A stretch of DNA of 64,000 nt from the human T2T-CHM13v2.0 reference genome, Homo sapiens: the NCBI RefSeq assembly GCF_009914755.1, contig NC_060928.1, one strand, 5' to 3'. The notes under the pieces are model-generated. The model was not told the DNA's origin, ran no database searches, and saw only the letters and a program-made list of their open reading frames with translations. This document shows positions 52,438 to 64,000 of this stretch, in pieces. Made by a program: the position numbers and the translations under genes. Each line of letters starts with the position of its first letter. Within the stretch, counting starts at the first letter, position 1.

Positions 52438-53854
52438 AGAAACTTGGGTCTACATATAAAGAGCGTTAGAGAAGGACCAAATAAAAGTAAAATTAAACTT
52501 TTATTTCTCTTATTCCTAAGTTAATGAAACAGGTAATGTTTGTTCAACATAATAATAGTAAAGATGTATTCAATGATTATAGATTATGGAAAAGTAAAAT
52601 GAAAAACAGCAATGTTATAAGGGACAGGAAGGAAGAATTGAGAATACTCTGTTGGAAGGTACATTTACTATTTGTGAAATGGTTTAGTTTTATTTAAAAG
52701 TGAACTTGGGATAGATGTAAATATATATTTCAAACTCGAGAGCAATTGATAAAAATGTTAAAAAGGCAGAATTAATATGCAAAGAGAGGACAGAAAATTG
52801 AATCATATAAAATGCTTCACATCCAGAGAGGAATAAAAGATAGTAAAAAACAAAAAAAAGAGAGGGGGGTAACAGAAAAAGGAAGAAAGGAAGGAAAGAA
52901 AGAAAAGTAGCAAAGAATAGAAAAGAGTAAAAAATATGGTATGTATAAGTGCAACTATATCAATAGTCCCTTTAAACATCAATGGTCTAAATATACCAAT
53001 TAATTAACAGAGACTAGCAGAGTGGGTAAAAAATAAAAAGATGCAACTGTGTTTTGTCTATAAGAAATCTACTTGAAATGTAAAGATGCAGATAGTTTTA
53101 AAGGAATGGAGAAAAAGACACCATACCAACACTAGGCAAAATAAGTTGGAGTAGCTACATTAATTTCAGACAAAACAGAACTCAGAACAAGGAAATTTAC
53201 CTTGGATAGATAAGGACATTACATAATGATAAAAGATTTAATTCTCCAAGAATATACAATAATATTTAATGTGTATATACCTAAAAAGAAATCATCAAAA
53301 TACATGAGGCAAATACTAAAAGAAATACAAAGAGAAATAGATGAATCCACTACTGTAGTTGGAGAATTAAGCAACCCTCTTCCAGTAATTAATAGACACT
53401 GTGGGTGGAAAATCATCAAATAATAGTTAAACAGAACAGAACCATCAATCAACTGATTACAATTGACATTATATAAAACTTTATCCAACAACAGCAGAAT
53501 ACACATTATCCTCCATCTCACATGGAACATTCACCAAGACATATTACATTCTGAGCCATTAAATACACTTAACAAATGATAAAAGAATGGAAATCACGCA
53601 GTGTCTTTTCAGAAAACAGTGGAACTGAACTAGAGATTATAATAGAATCTGTAAAACACGCAGATATTTCAAAGTTAAAATACTTCCAAATAACACATAG
53701 ATCAAAAAAGAAGCCTCAAGAGAAATTTAAAAATGTTTTTACTGAATGAAAATGAAAATACAACTTATTGGCATTTGTAGGATACAAGAAAAACAGTGTT
53801 TAGAAGGAAACATACAGCTTTGAATGCATGTATTAGGAAAAAAAATAAGAATAA

Positions 53855-55022
53855 ATTTTTCAAATTAAAAATAGCTCTATTGGAATATAACTTACATAGC
53901 ATATATTTCATTTATTTAAAGTGTACAATTCAATAATTTTTAGTGTATTCACAGATAGGTGGAACTATCACCACAGTTAATACATTTTTGAAAATTTTCA
54001 GTACTTCAAAGGGAAACACCATATCCTTTAGCTTTCACCTTTATATCCTCCCACCTCACTCCTCTTTCTGTCCCCAACTCTAAGCAAATTTGGATTTATG
54101 GTTTTCGTTTATAGTTTTGCCAGTTCTGGATTTGCATGTGAATGAAATCACATAATATGGGAATCTTTGTGATTGGCATCTTACTATTTCAAGGCTCATT
54201 CAGGTTGTAGGATGTAGCAGTACTTTATTTTTTTTTATTTCCAAATAGTAACTGTATGTATATAACACATTTTATTTATCCAATTGTCTGCTGATAGACA
54301 TTTGGGTTGTTTCCACATTTTAAATGTCATAAATACTGCTATCAACACTTGTGAAGAAGTTTTTTATGTGGACATATGTTTTCATTTCTCTTGGGTGTAT
54401 ACCTAGTAGAGAAATTGCTGAGTCATATGCCCACTCCATGCTTAATTGTTTGAGAAACTGATAGAGTGTTTTGCACAGTGGCTGCACTGGTCATTTTACA
54501 TTTCTACCAGCAGTGTACAAAGTGTCCAATTTCTCCATATCCTCACCAGCACTTGCTATTATCCGTCTTTTTGATCCTAGCCATCTTAGGGGGTATAAAG
54601 TTGTATCTCATTGTGATTTTAGTTTGCATTTCCCTGATAACTAATAATATTGGGCATCTTTTTATGTACTTTTTGTCTATTTGGAGAGAAGTCTATTTAG
54701 ATCAGTTGCCCATTTATTAAACTGAGTTTCTTTTTATTATTGATATATTTAGTCCAAACAAAAATCCCTTAAAAATGTGTGATTTTGTTTTCCCCATTCT
54801 GTGTGTTGTTTTTTTACTTTGTTCACAGAGTTCTTTGTATCACAGAAGTTTTTAATTTTGATATAATTCAATTTACCTACTTTTTTCTTTGGTTACCTGT
54901 GACTTTTATTCCATATCTAAGTTTTTTTTTTTTTTTTTTTTTTTTTTTGCCAAATCTAGGGTCATAAAGATTGACCCCTATGTTTTCTTCTAAAGGTTTT
55001 ATAGTTTTAGAGCTCCTACATT
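53855..55022 (-). mobile_element. L1MB (MB3-5-like) 3' end nested in the older L1
   Basis: TTAAAGTGTACAATTCAA, TTTCATTTCTCTTGGGTGTATACCTAG, CCTCACCAGCACTTG. Confidence 0.9.
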
Positions 55023-56451
55023 TGGAAGCTAAAATAATCTGAATTTCTACCTTAGAAAACTAGAAAAAGAAGAACAAATTATCTAAAATAAGCAGAAGGA
55101 AATACATAACAATTAAATTTTAAATCAATGAAATTATAAACAAACCAATGGGAAAAAAGTCAATAAAACCAAATGCTATTTTTTTCAAAAGATAATAAAT
55201 TTGTAAAGATCCAGCCAGATTAACCAAGAAATAAAGAGAAAAGGTACAAATTGCTAATGTCGGAGAAAGAAGGACCATCACTACTGATACCATGGACATT
55301 AAAATAAAAGTAAAGAAATGTTATAAATGACTCTATGCCCACCAATTTGATAACTTAGATGAAATTGACCATTTCTTAAAATAATTTGACAAAAGTCACA
55401 CCAAAAGATATAGATAATCTGAGTAGGCCTATAACTACTGATGATTTTGAATCAATAATTAAAAACCTTCCAAAAAAGCACAAGGCCCAAATAGGTTCAC
55501 TGGTGAATTCTACCAAACATTAAATATCTTAAAGGAAGAAATTATGCTAGTTCCCTTCAACCTCTTTTAGAAAATAAAAGTGAAGGAATATTTCCTAACT
55601 CATTCTATGAGGCTAGCATTACCTTAATAGCGAAACAAGACAAAGAGGTAACCAAAGAAATTTACAGACCAACATCTCTTATTACACAGACCTACCTAAA
55701 ATCCTCAAAAAATTTTAGCAAGTTGATCGTATCAATGTATAAAAATAGAGGTACACATCACAACCAAGTGGGATTTATTTCAGGTATTCAAGTCTATTCA
55801 ATATCTGAAAATCAATTCATATAAATCAATCCATCATGAATAAGTATTTTATAACAACCGAAACATTGGTAATAAAAATGTGCAGCGAACTTAGAGGGGA
55901 ATTTCCTCACTTGATAAAGGACATCTCCAAAAACCCTACAGTTAGTATCATAATTAATGGTGAAAAAATAAATGCATCTCTGCTAAAATCAGAAACCAGG
56001 CAAGGATATGCCCTGTTACCACTCCTATTCAGCAGTGTGATGAGAGTCTTAGCTAATATAATAAAAATAAAAAGAAATGTATACAGATTGGGAAGGGAGA
56101 AATAAGACTGCCTTTGCTTTCAGATGACATAATTGTCTATGCAGAAAATCCTAAATAATCAACAAAAACAAACCTCTAGAACTACTAAGCAACTATAACA
56201 AGATTGCAGAATGTAAGATTAAAATGTGAAGATCATCTTTCTTATATAAAAGCAATGAAAAATTGTCATTTTAAATTAAATCACAATACCACTTACATTA
56301 GCATAAATAAATGAAATTCATAGATATATATCTATCAAAATATTCACAATATATTTATGAAGAAAATGAAAAATCTCTGATGAAATAAATCAAAGATCTA
56401 AATAAATTGCAAGATATTCCACATACATGAATAAGAAGAATTTTTGAGATA

Positions 56452-56610
56452 TCAAATTTGTAGGTATAGAATTTTTCATAATATATTTTTATTATCCTTT
56501 TAATGTTCATGGGATCGGTAGTGATGGAACCTCTCTCATTTCTGATATTAATGATTACTGTCTTCTATCTTTTTTCTTAGTTAACCTGGCTAGAGATTTA
56601 TCAATTTGGT
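56452..56610 (-). mobile_element. Short antisense L1 ORF2 fragment
   Basis: GTAGTGATGG...TCTCATTTCTGATATT...CTGGCTAGAGATTTATCAATTT. Confidence 0.75.
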
Positions 56611-56739
56611 AATAGATTCAGCCTCTTCAAGCATAAAGGCCATGTTATCACTAAATATCACAGGTGCAATGTCTGACAGAACTAAGCTCTTTAAGGTTAC
56701 AAGATTCAGAGCTGAAAGCAATCAAAGCTAATAAAAAAC

Positions 56740-57075
56740 ACTTTGTCATTTGTATAGTACTACAGCATTTATAAGTAATTTCCTTTCTGGACGTTCCTCT
56801 AAATTATAAGTTCTGTAAGTGGTGAGTCTTGGATTTATTTGCCTTATATCTAATTTATTTGAAGGGTCTGGAATGGTGACTGAAATTATGGCAACTGGTA
56901 AATAAAATTTTTTGAATTGATCTTCTAAAATATTTTATAGTATTCCCATTTTTCAAAAATAAGAAAAACAGAAGCGCAGAGAATTTAAATTACTAGCCCA
57001 GAATTTAAAAGTAAAAGAGCTAGATCTTGAGCACAGACTTTCAGATGCTAAAATGCTTCATTTTATTCCATTCTA
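56740..57075 (-). mobile_element. MIR fragments around an L2 3' end
   Basis: TTCCCATTTT...AAGAAAAACAGAAGCGCAGAGAATTTAAATTACTAGCCCA; L2-like TAAATTATAAGTTCTG...AATAAAATTTTTTGAAT in between. Confidence 0.55.
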
Positions 57076-57526
57076 CTAGGACAAACCAAATCAAACAAAA
57101 ACATGTTCTCACCTCAATCAATATTTTAAATTACCTACCAACTGTAATCTGAGAAGAGTAACAAAAATAACTATGCTTTCTGATAGCTGGCAATAGAGAG
57201 ATGATAATTTTTCTTCGATTAACTGTGTTAATGATGGAAGAGTTGAGACAGTGTCAGTAACTTTGTATTTTGAAATATTTTATATTAATGAATAAAATAT
57301 AAAAACGTATTTTTCTCTTAGGCAGAAATTTCTCTTTTACTATTGCACTGTGTCTGCAGGGTCATGACTATATTCATTTAAAGCAATGAGCCACAGATCA
57401 CTGAGACATTCCAAATCATTTCTGACTAGTAGGAATTTTAAAATATGGTTGCTAGATTTAAAGTATTAAATTTATTTTGTTGTATAATCATTCTGTTGAA
57501 ATTTGGGAAAAGAATATGTAATTTCC

Positions 57527-58015
57527 TATTAATTCAATACTTCAACAAATCTTTTCTATGTGCATATTAAAACCAGGCCGCATGCCATTTGCTGTGGGTA
57601 TAATCCTGCCTGCAAGGAGCTCAAAATCTATCAGAGAAGACAGACGTTAAACCAAAATTCATATGAATTGAAAATTAAGATAGTAGAAACATAGGATGTT
57701 CAGAGTGATGTTTAGGTGGAGGCCAGAAAGGTAGGTAGGTAATAGGCAATTGAGTGCCAGAGAAAGAGGTTCCAGGCAAAAACAACAGCATATATGAAGG
57801 CTCAGAAGTGAGAGAGAACTTGGCATCTCCAAGAAACTAACTGGAGAGCACTCAGAATGCCCAGAGTGCAGAAAGCAATGGGAAGAACGAAGATGCGGAG
57901 CTCACCGCATAGAGGCCACATCAGTCATGTTGGGGAGCTGGACTTCACTGAATGTCTCTAAACTGGTTAATGGGCAAATTAATTATGCATTTTAGAAGAA
58001 TCTTTCCTGCTGCTT
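57527..58015 (-). mobile_element. L2 3' part
   Basis: TTCAACAAAT, CCTGCCTGCAAGGAGCTCA, TTCCAGGCAAAAACAACAGCAT, GCATTTTAGAAGAATC. Confidence 0.8.
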
Positions 58016-60284
58016 TCTTTGAAGTCTCTAATAGTTATGCTACCAACAGACTGAGCTTTGCCCTTTCCGTTTTGTAGATTCTTGATGTGTTTTTATTGAA
58101 TATTTCATGGATAAACTACAAATAATCTCCTTCACTTTATTTGCTTTACATTTATATCCTGCCTGCTCCCAAAAGGATTTGGAGCACAGTTCAGAGACTG
58201 TGTTTATGGGAATGTTTTTTCTCAAAAGTTCACTGGTTTATAAAACTAGAAGACAAGTATTGGGACAAGTAATACTTATCTCTAAATAATTATTGTGAGT
58301 TTCTTCCTATTGTGAGCTCTCTGAGCTTTGGCATGATACTTAGTAGATGCTCAATTAGTGTTCAGTAACAAGTGAATAATGAATGAGTACTCTGTTGAAG
58401 ATGTAAAGTGTAGATGACCTGCAAGCAATGGCAAGTGTTGTATTAAGCACTGGGCAACATATGGAGTGGTGCATGTAACAATCTCTTTCTAGAGGCTTTT
58501 GCAATCAAATAGAGGATATCGCACCCACAAACACACAAGAAGGTGCACATCATTACACACGTGCTTTTACCTGAAGGCTGAACATGATAAACCCCATAAG
58601 AGAGGAATAGTGTGTGCATTTTCTAACACAAAACACAACATTTTTATTCCTCCTCAAAATAACTCAATTTGCAAAAGTTCAGATGCTTATTAAAACTAGC
58701 TCCAAACTCTGAAGCCTTGCGAGTTTTCTTGTCACTGCTTATATTTCAGTTTTGAAAAATAACTGCAGGATGACTTAATTAATTGTTCCTTCTTTCCGTT
58801 TTCTGTCTAAAGTAGACGAATACCTATGCATCCGACAAATCAATGAGCTGTGGAACTTCCTACAGATAGATTAGTACATCTGTAGTTTAAAGACAGTTTG
58901 CATGAGAAGGGAAAAATATATTCCCATGAGGAATGTTTAAGGGATCAATTCATAAGCAAAGAAAACATGCTATTCTCAGCAAGGAAACAATACATTTTGT
59001 ATCTGTTGCTATGATTAATTACATACTACAGCTTGGAGAATGTTTTTAAAGGGCCGCAGTCAATCTTTTAAGACCCACAAGTTGACCTGCATTAAAAGCT
59101 GAAGAGGAATTATACACTTATTCTGAGCAGCTTTGTGTAACAGAACTGTTGTGTTAGAAATTATGGATAATAATAAAAACGCACAGTCTTTGGGTAACAC
59201 TTAAAGTAGACAGTGTTGCCCCACCTCTTGTGACTGATTCCACTAATGAATCACAGTTAAAACAAACCTCTTTCCTGAGTGTTCCGCCAATTATACTGCA
59301 GTGAAAATGAGGATAAAATAGCGTCAGTAAAACTTCAGTGAGCCTCCTAATCCTCTAGATTCCTTCTAATAAACAAAACCTTCTCAAATGCATTTCTAAG
59401 AGAAATTTTTAAGAACAGATATTTGAGGCATAATATTGTTTCCTGATTTAGTGTTTAAGATCTTATTAAATCTATATTCTGCATTCAATGATAAATTAAT
59501 AAATATATAATAAGCATAGTCTTTCAAAGTCAGGACTTGTGACCAGTTGCTCTCTCCTCCCTTCCTACTTATCACAGCCTTCTATCTTCTTTCTTTACTG
59601 ATCTTTCCACTCTTAAGTACTGAGGCATAGCTTTCTCCAGGTGCACACCTTGCTGCAAACCGACTTGACAATCCGTTGCACCATGTCTTCTTGTTTTGCA
59701 AAATCGAGGATTGTATTCACATTTCTTCAGTAAAGTGTTGTTCTTACTGTGACCTCCTACCCACTCTATGTCATTTATTTATTCTCTATTATGCTGCACT
59801 TGCAGGACTAGGATATGGATTCTTAGCATGCAGATTTTCCACACTTTATCTCTGAGCAACTTTCTCCTACCTCACAAAGCTATGTACTCCTACCTGGGAC
59901 TATATAAGTAATAGTTAATTTGGTTTCAATTCCAGGCAGATGAACCCTGCCTTTACACAGTGACCTCTGGCAATCAGAAGAAACGAAGCATGTGTTCTGA
60001 CCACTCATATGTGGAGAAAGGTTGGAAATATCTATTTCATCAGTTTTTCCCCCATTTTTCAAGCTCCATTGCCACTGGTACATTCCCAGCGATGACCTGG
60101 AATGGGTCCTTGAAAAAACACAGAATCACTTCTGGTTTGTCTACTTTATAAATATCTGGATAAAGGGAAATTATCTGAAACCCATAAGTTTGAAGACTAC
60201 TGCCTTACTCCCATAAAAGCTTAAGACTTCATTTTTGATGCCTCTGATCTACCACACTGTGGCAGTGAGGAGGCTGTTAAGAAT

Positions 60285-60518
60285 AACAACGAGAACACAT
60301 AGACACAGGGAGGGAAACAACACAATCTGGGGCCTGTCGGGGGGTGATGGGGGAGGGGAGGGAGAACATAAGGAAAAAAGAGCTAATGCATGCTGGGCTT
60401 AATACCTAGGTGACGGGGTTGATAGGTGTAGCAAACCATCATGCACACATTTACCTATGTAACAAACCTATGCATCCTGCACCTGTGCCCCAGAACTAAA
60501 AATAATAATAATAAGAAG
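60285..60518 (+). mobile_element. 5'-truncated L1PA 3' UTR (PA8-PA13 range)
   Basis: GAGAACACATAGACACAGGGAGGG, G-rich tract, TTACCTATGTAACAAACCT, (AAT/AAG) tail; TSD AAGAAT. Confidence 0.92.
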
Positions 60519-60939
60519 AAGAATTAGTTGCTTAAAAGGATACCTGTCTGTCCTATGAAATTGTTCTAATTTCTGTTATCCTGAGATCTCAGTTGCAGGC
60601 ATTCCGCAACCTCTCGGTGCTTGCTTTGTAGATTCTTGTTCTGGAACTGAAGTCATGGGTATGATGCTTGAGTTTTAATAATTTAGAATTAAAAGAAAAA
60701 CATAGAGGCATACAGATGAATACAGTATCTCAGATTATCTGTCTAATCTTCACATGAGCTGCCAAAACTAGACAGGGATTAATCTCAATGAGTAAGTAGA
60801 TGTAGGCACGGTTTCTAAGAATAATATCATTCTCATTCCATGAATAATCTTGTCCTCTCTTCCTTTGCTGGCATTGCGTATGCTGTCCCCTGGATCTAGT
60901 GTGTTCTGACCCCCCTCCCCTCACAACTCATCCTCCCAG

Positions 60940-61230
60940 AAGCATCTTTGCAAACTCTTTGTCTTAGAATTCTTTCTAAAACAACTTTCTGTTGGTAAAT
61001 TTGGTTTAGATGCCCCACTTTCCCCATAGCTTCCCAACTTATCCCTTGTAGCACTTTTTACCTTGTATTATGAGTGGCTAACTATATGTTGGTTTCAAAT
61101 AGGAGATCTCTGGCAGGAGAAACTCTATTCATTGAATGCTTTTTTTTTTCTTCTTTTCTTTCTTTCTGAGCATCTATCTAAAAACCTGTTGCATTCATGA
61201 ATATTAGTTAAATGTGTATCATAAATGTGT
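60940..61230 (+). mobile_element. L2 3' part
   Basis: GGTTTAGATGCCCC...CCCATAGC...TAGCACTT...GGCAGGAGAAACT. Confidence 0.5.
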
Positions 61231-61377
61231 TTAAAAGAGTATGATCTAGCAGATATCGGAGGAGAGAGCATTAAGTGTTAGGGGTGGGAATCAATTGGAA
61301 AATAAAAAGAAATGGAGATGGGAGAAGAACGTCGCTTTGCCAGGTTTGGAACAGAGGTTCTTCCTTCACAGAATTGC

Positions 61378-61724
61378 TTTTTTTTTTTTTTTTTTTTTAA
61401 CAGAATCTCATGCTATCACCCAGCCAGGGATTTTTTTTTTTTTTTTTTTTTTGCGATGGAGTCTCACTCTGTTACCTACCCAGTGTAATCTCAGCTCACT
61501 GCAGCCTCTGCCTCCTGGGTTCAAGCAAATTTTCCTGCCTCAGCCTCCCAAGTATCTGGGATTACAGACACGTGCCACCAACACCCAGCTAATTTTTGTA
61601 TTTTTGGAGAGATGGGGTTTCACCATGTTGGCCTGGCTAGTCTTGAACTCCTGACCTCAAGTAATCTGCCAGCCTCGGAGTTCCAAAGTGCTGGGATTGC
61701 AGGCTTGAGCCACCATGGCTGGCC
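61378..61724 (-). mobile_element. AluS (Sz/Sx-like) with a second Alu 3' fragment and tail
   Basis: CTGACCTCAAGTAATC; two T tracts; TSD AGAATTGC (61370 / 61725). Confidence 0.93.
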
Positions 61725-63569
61725 AGAATTGCATTTTTTTTTTTTAACTTTTATTGTTCCTATTTAAAGAGTACAACTCCTCAGGACAAACCTGAAAACA
61801 AGAGAATATATCAAACTTGCTTTCCCAGTTACAATATCTCAGGAAACAGAAAAAAAAATTTTAAATGGAGGCAAACCAAAGAGAACGTGAAGAAATAAAC
61901 TATTAGCCAGAGACCTGGAGATTGCTGGGGAAAAGACCATTTGCCATATATTTGTCAGCATTTTCTTCAAGTATTGGCAAGACAGGCTGATGGGTTAAAT
62001 ATTCACCTTGGTAACAGTAGCGTGGATAGGGCATTATATGGAGAAATTATACAACATATTTACCAAATGTAATGGGCTGATTCTATCACCATATTTTAGA
62101 ACATAAAATGTGTATTTGACTAACAGATATTTTACCTTAAATTGCTTTTCTTAGTGTATTACAAACCTATTTTCTGACACTGGTTATTACTTATTTCTAC
62201 AGCCTTTATTAGAGGAGCAGTTAAAGAGTAACTTCCACTCTTAAAAAGGTTGATTTGTTTTGCTCCAGGAAGGAGTCTGGTGTGAAATGTTGAGACAAGC
62301 CTTACTTAAAGGGCAGTTGCCAGGTGACAGTAGAAATCATTCATCTCCTTCGTATCCTACCTTACCTTTTCTTTCCCCATCTTTCTAACAGTGAAAGTAA
62401 TTGGTTACAAAGTCAGTATCCTTGCTTGCCTATTTGCAATGCTCTTTATTTTATCATTATTTTTTAATCCCCTCATTTCAAGAGATAGCCAATCATAGAT
62501 GCAACCATGCACATCTATAAAAGAGAGAATGAAACAGGGACACTACATAATGGTTTTAATCATTGTAGTTAGCGTATTTTCCTCTTGTGCATTAGAAAGT
62601 TAGGCTAAGTTATTTAATTGTTTGCTGATTGTTAAGACATTTACCTTGTAAGGGCATTCATTATCTATTCAGAGAAATTCTTCAGCTTACAAATGAAGAG
62701 ACTTTCATTCTGGGTGCTTTTATATATTTAAAAATATTTTAGCTATTGAGGTTTCCTGTACTTAATCCAGTCTTTTACTTTCTTTCATGGAAAAAAAAGG
62801 GCAGGTCTAAATGCAAATTAACATTACTGTTTAAATATCACAGACCATTTTCTCTGAGCCCAGTTACAATAACTAGTAATTATAAAAATTGCTTGCCTTC
62901 GGCTTCCGGCTAAGCCAGTGCTAAACTTGTCCTTTTATTAGATCTGTCAGACTGAGTTAATTATCTTTATGATAATAGATGTGCCTTACCTCCAACAAAA
63001 CAAATACACTTATAATTAGCTTTTTAGTTAGAAGTTTAATTTATTTATAAAGACTGTTTGTTTTCCTTTTTGCCTGTTTTAAAAACCAGAGCATGGGGAG
63101 GGAGGATTTCTAGTTTATCAGGTTACCAGCCTGCTTACTAGTTTATAAAGACAGAGAGGAAAAACGACTCATTATATCTAACCACCAGGTCCACTGTTTC
63201 ATAGTGGTTCATTCCTCTTCAATATTAGATCAGTTCAACTCCAAGGCATTTTATTTTTCTCTACGTACACAAAAAAGGCCCTTTTTATCTGCTTTCTGCC
63301 TTCTCAACAGAGCAGTGTTATGGAAGCTATTATATGGAAGTACTAACAAGTATGAATTGGAAAGCTTTCTGTATTACAGCAGAGCTGCATTAAAAATCAA
63401 ATCATTTTATACTGGTGCCATGTCCCCAGACGTTTGTGGCACATGCTCCTCTTTCATCTACAACCAGCATGTTTCAGAATATTACACAACTGCCTGCAAT
63501 GAATTACTGGAAAGTATCTATGATGAAACAGCAAAGCATAAGGAAAAAAAACATATGTTTTGTGTCATG

Positions 63570-63775
63570 TCAAAGCTGAGTTTCAGCTTTGGTTCTGATG
63601 CTCATTGCTGTGTCACTTAGGCCAGTTGTTCAACCTCTGTGCCTAAGTTTCTGCATCAGTATAATGAGAATAATACCTACATTAAGAGGGGCTATTGGGA
63701 AGACTCAAAAATAATGTATACAGAAGGTTCAACACAGTGCCTGACTCAGTATGGGGTACTTTTCATTATTATTAT
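63570..63775 (+). mobile_element. MIR, near complete
   Basis: GCTGTGTCACTTAGGCCAGTTGTTCAACCTCTGTGCCTAAGTTTCTGCATCAGTATAATGAGAATAATACCTAC; ACACAGTGCCTGAC. Confidence 0.85.
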
Positions 63776-64000
63776 TGTTAGAATTATGAAGGAGTATAGA
63801 TGCATGGAGAATCTGAAGTCACTATTAAAAACTAATAATCATTTTATAGGTTCTACTTTATATGTAGATATGTATTCTACTGATTTGTAAAACGACTTCC
63901 CTGATCATCTAGAAATTTCTTCTGATTCAAACAAAAATAATGAAAGCCCATACAAAGAAATGATTTTCCAAAGCTGCTATGCTGAACTTCTACCACTGTC

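Larger units (their letters stand above)
50520..56450 (+). mobile_element. Old L1 (L1MC/MD-like): ORF1, inter-ORF and ORF2, interrupted twice
   Basis: ORF1 motifs (CCTAGAATTCTGTATCTGGTGAAATTATCCTTCAAA); endonuclease peptide 53226-53423; RT peptide 55836-56105 (TRQGYALLPLLF). Confidence 0.88.

Noticed and set aside
55897-55906. Canonical NF-kB site GGGAATTTCC
   Set aside because: A single 10-mer deep inside old L1 sequence with no supporting context.
53226-56105. Endonuclease-like and RT-like peptides as a functional retroelement
   Set aside because: Short remnants of L1 ORF2 broken by stops, frameshifts and nested insertions.
61295-61654. 119-aa ORF
   Set aside because: Translation of poly-T tracts and antisense Alu.
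63204-63620. Longest ORF in the track (138 aa)
   Set aside because: GTG start, no recognisable domain, and it runs into a MIR. This length is compatible with chance.

Overview
AT-rich, CpG-poor primate (most likely human) non-coding DNA. I see no protein-coding exon structure, intact RNA gene, CpG island or CRISPR array. The ORF track contains only short chance ORFs plus decayed L1 ORF2, Alu and THE1 fragments. Much of the window is interspersed repeat: about 11 Alu copies or monomers, about 12 MaLR/ERVL LTRs, many MIR, L2 and CR1 relics, several hAT and TcMar DNA transposons, and a nested L1 pile at about 46.0-56.6 kb. Repeat names come from recalled consensus sequences, not a search, so subfamilies and old-element boundaries are approximate. 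I found no convincing new biological system. The best leads are a repeat-free block at about 17.9-18.5 kb with three TAGGTCA sites, a duplicated ROR+homeodomain module and a palindrome; a candidate 9-nt minus-strand microexon at 22160-22168; a clean twin-priming micro-inversion in an L1PA insertion; a double-tailed Alu; and a possible very old U6 relic.
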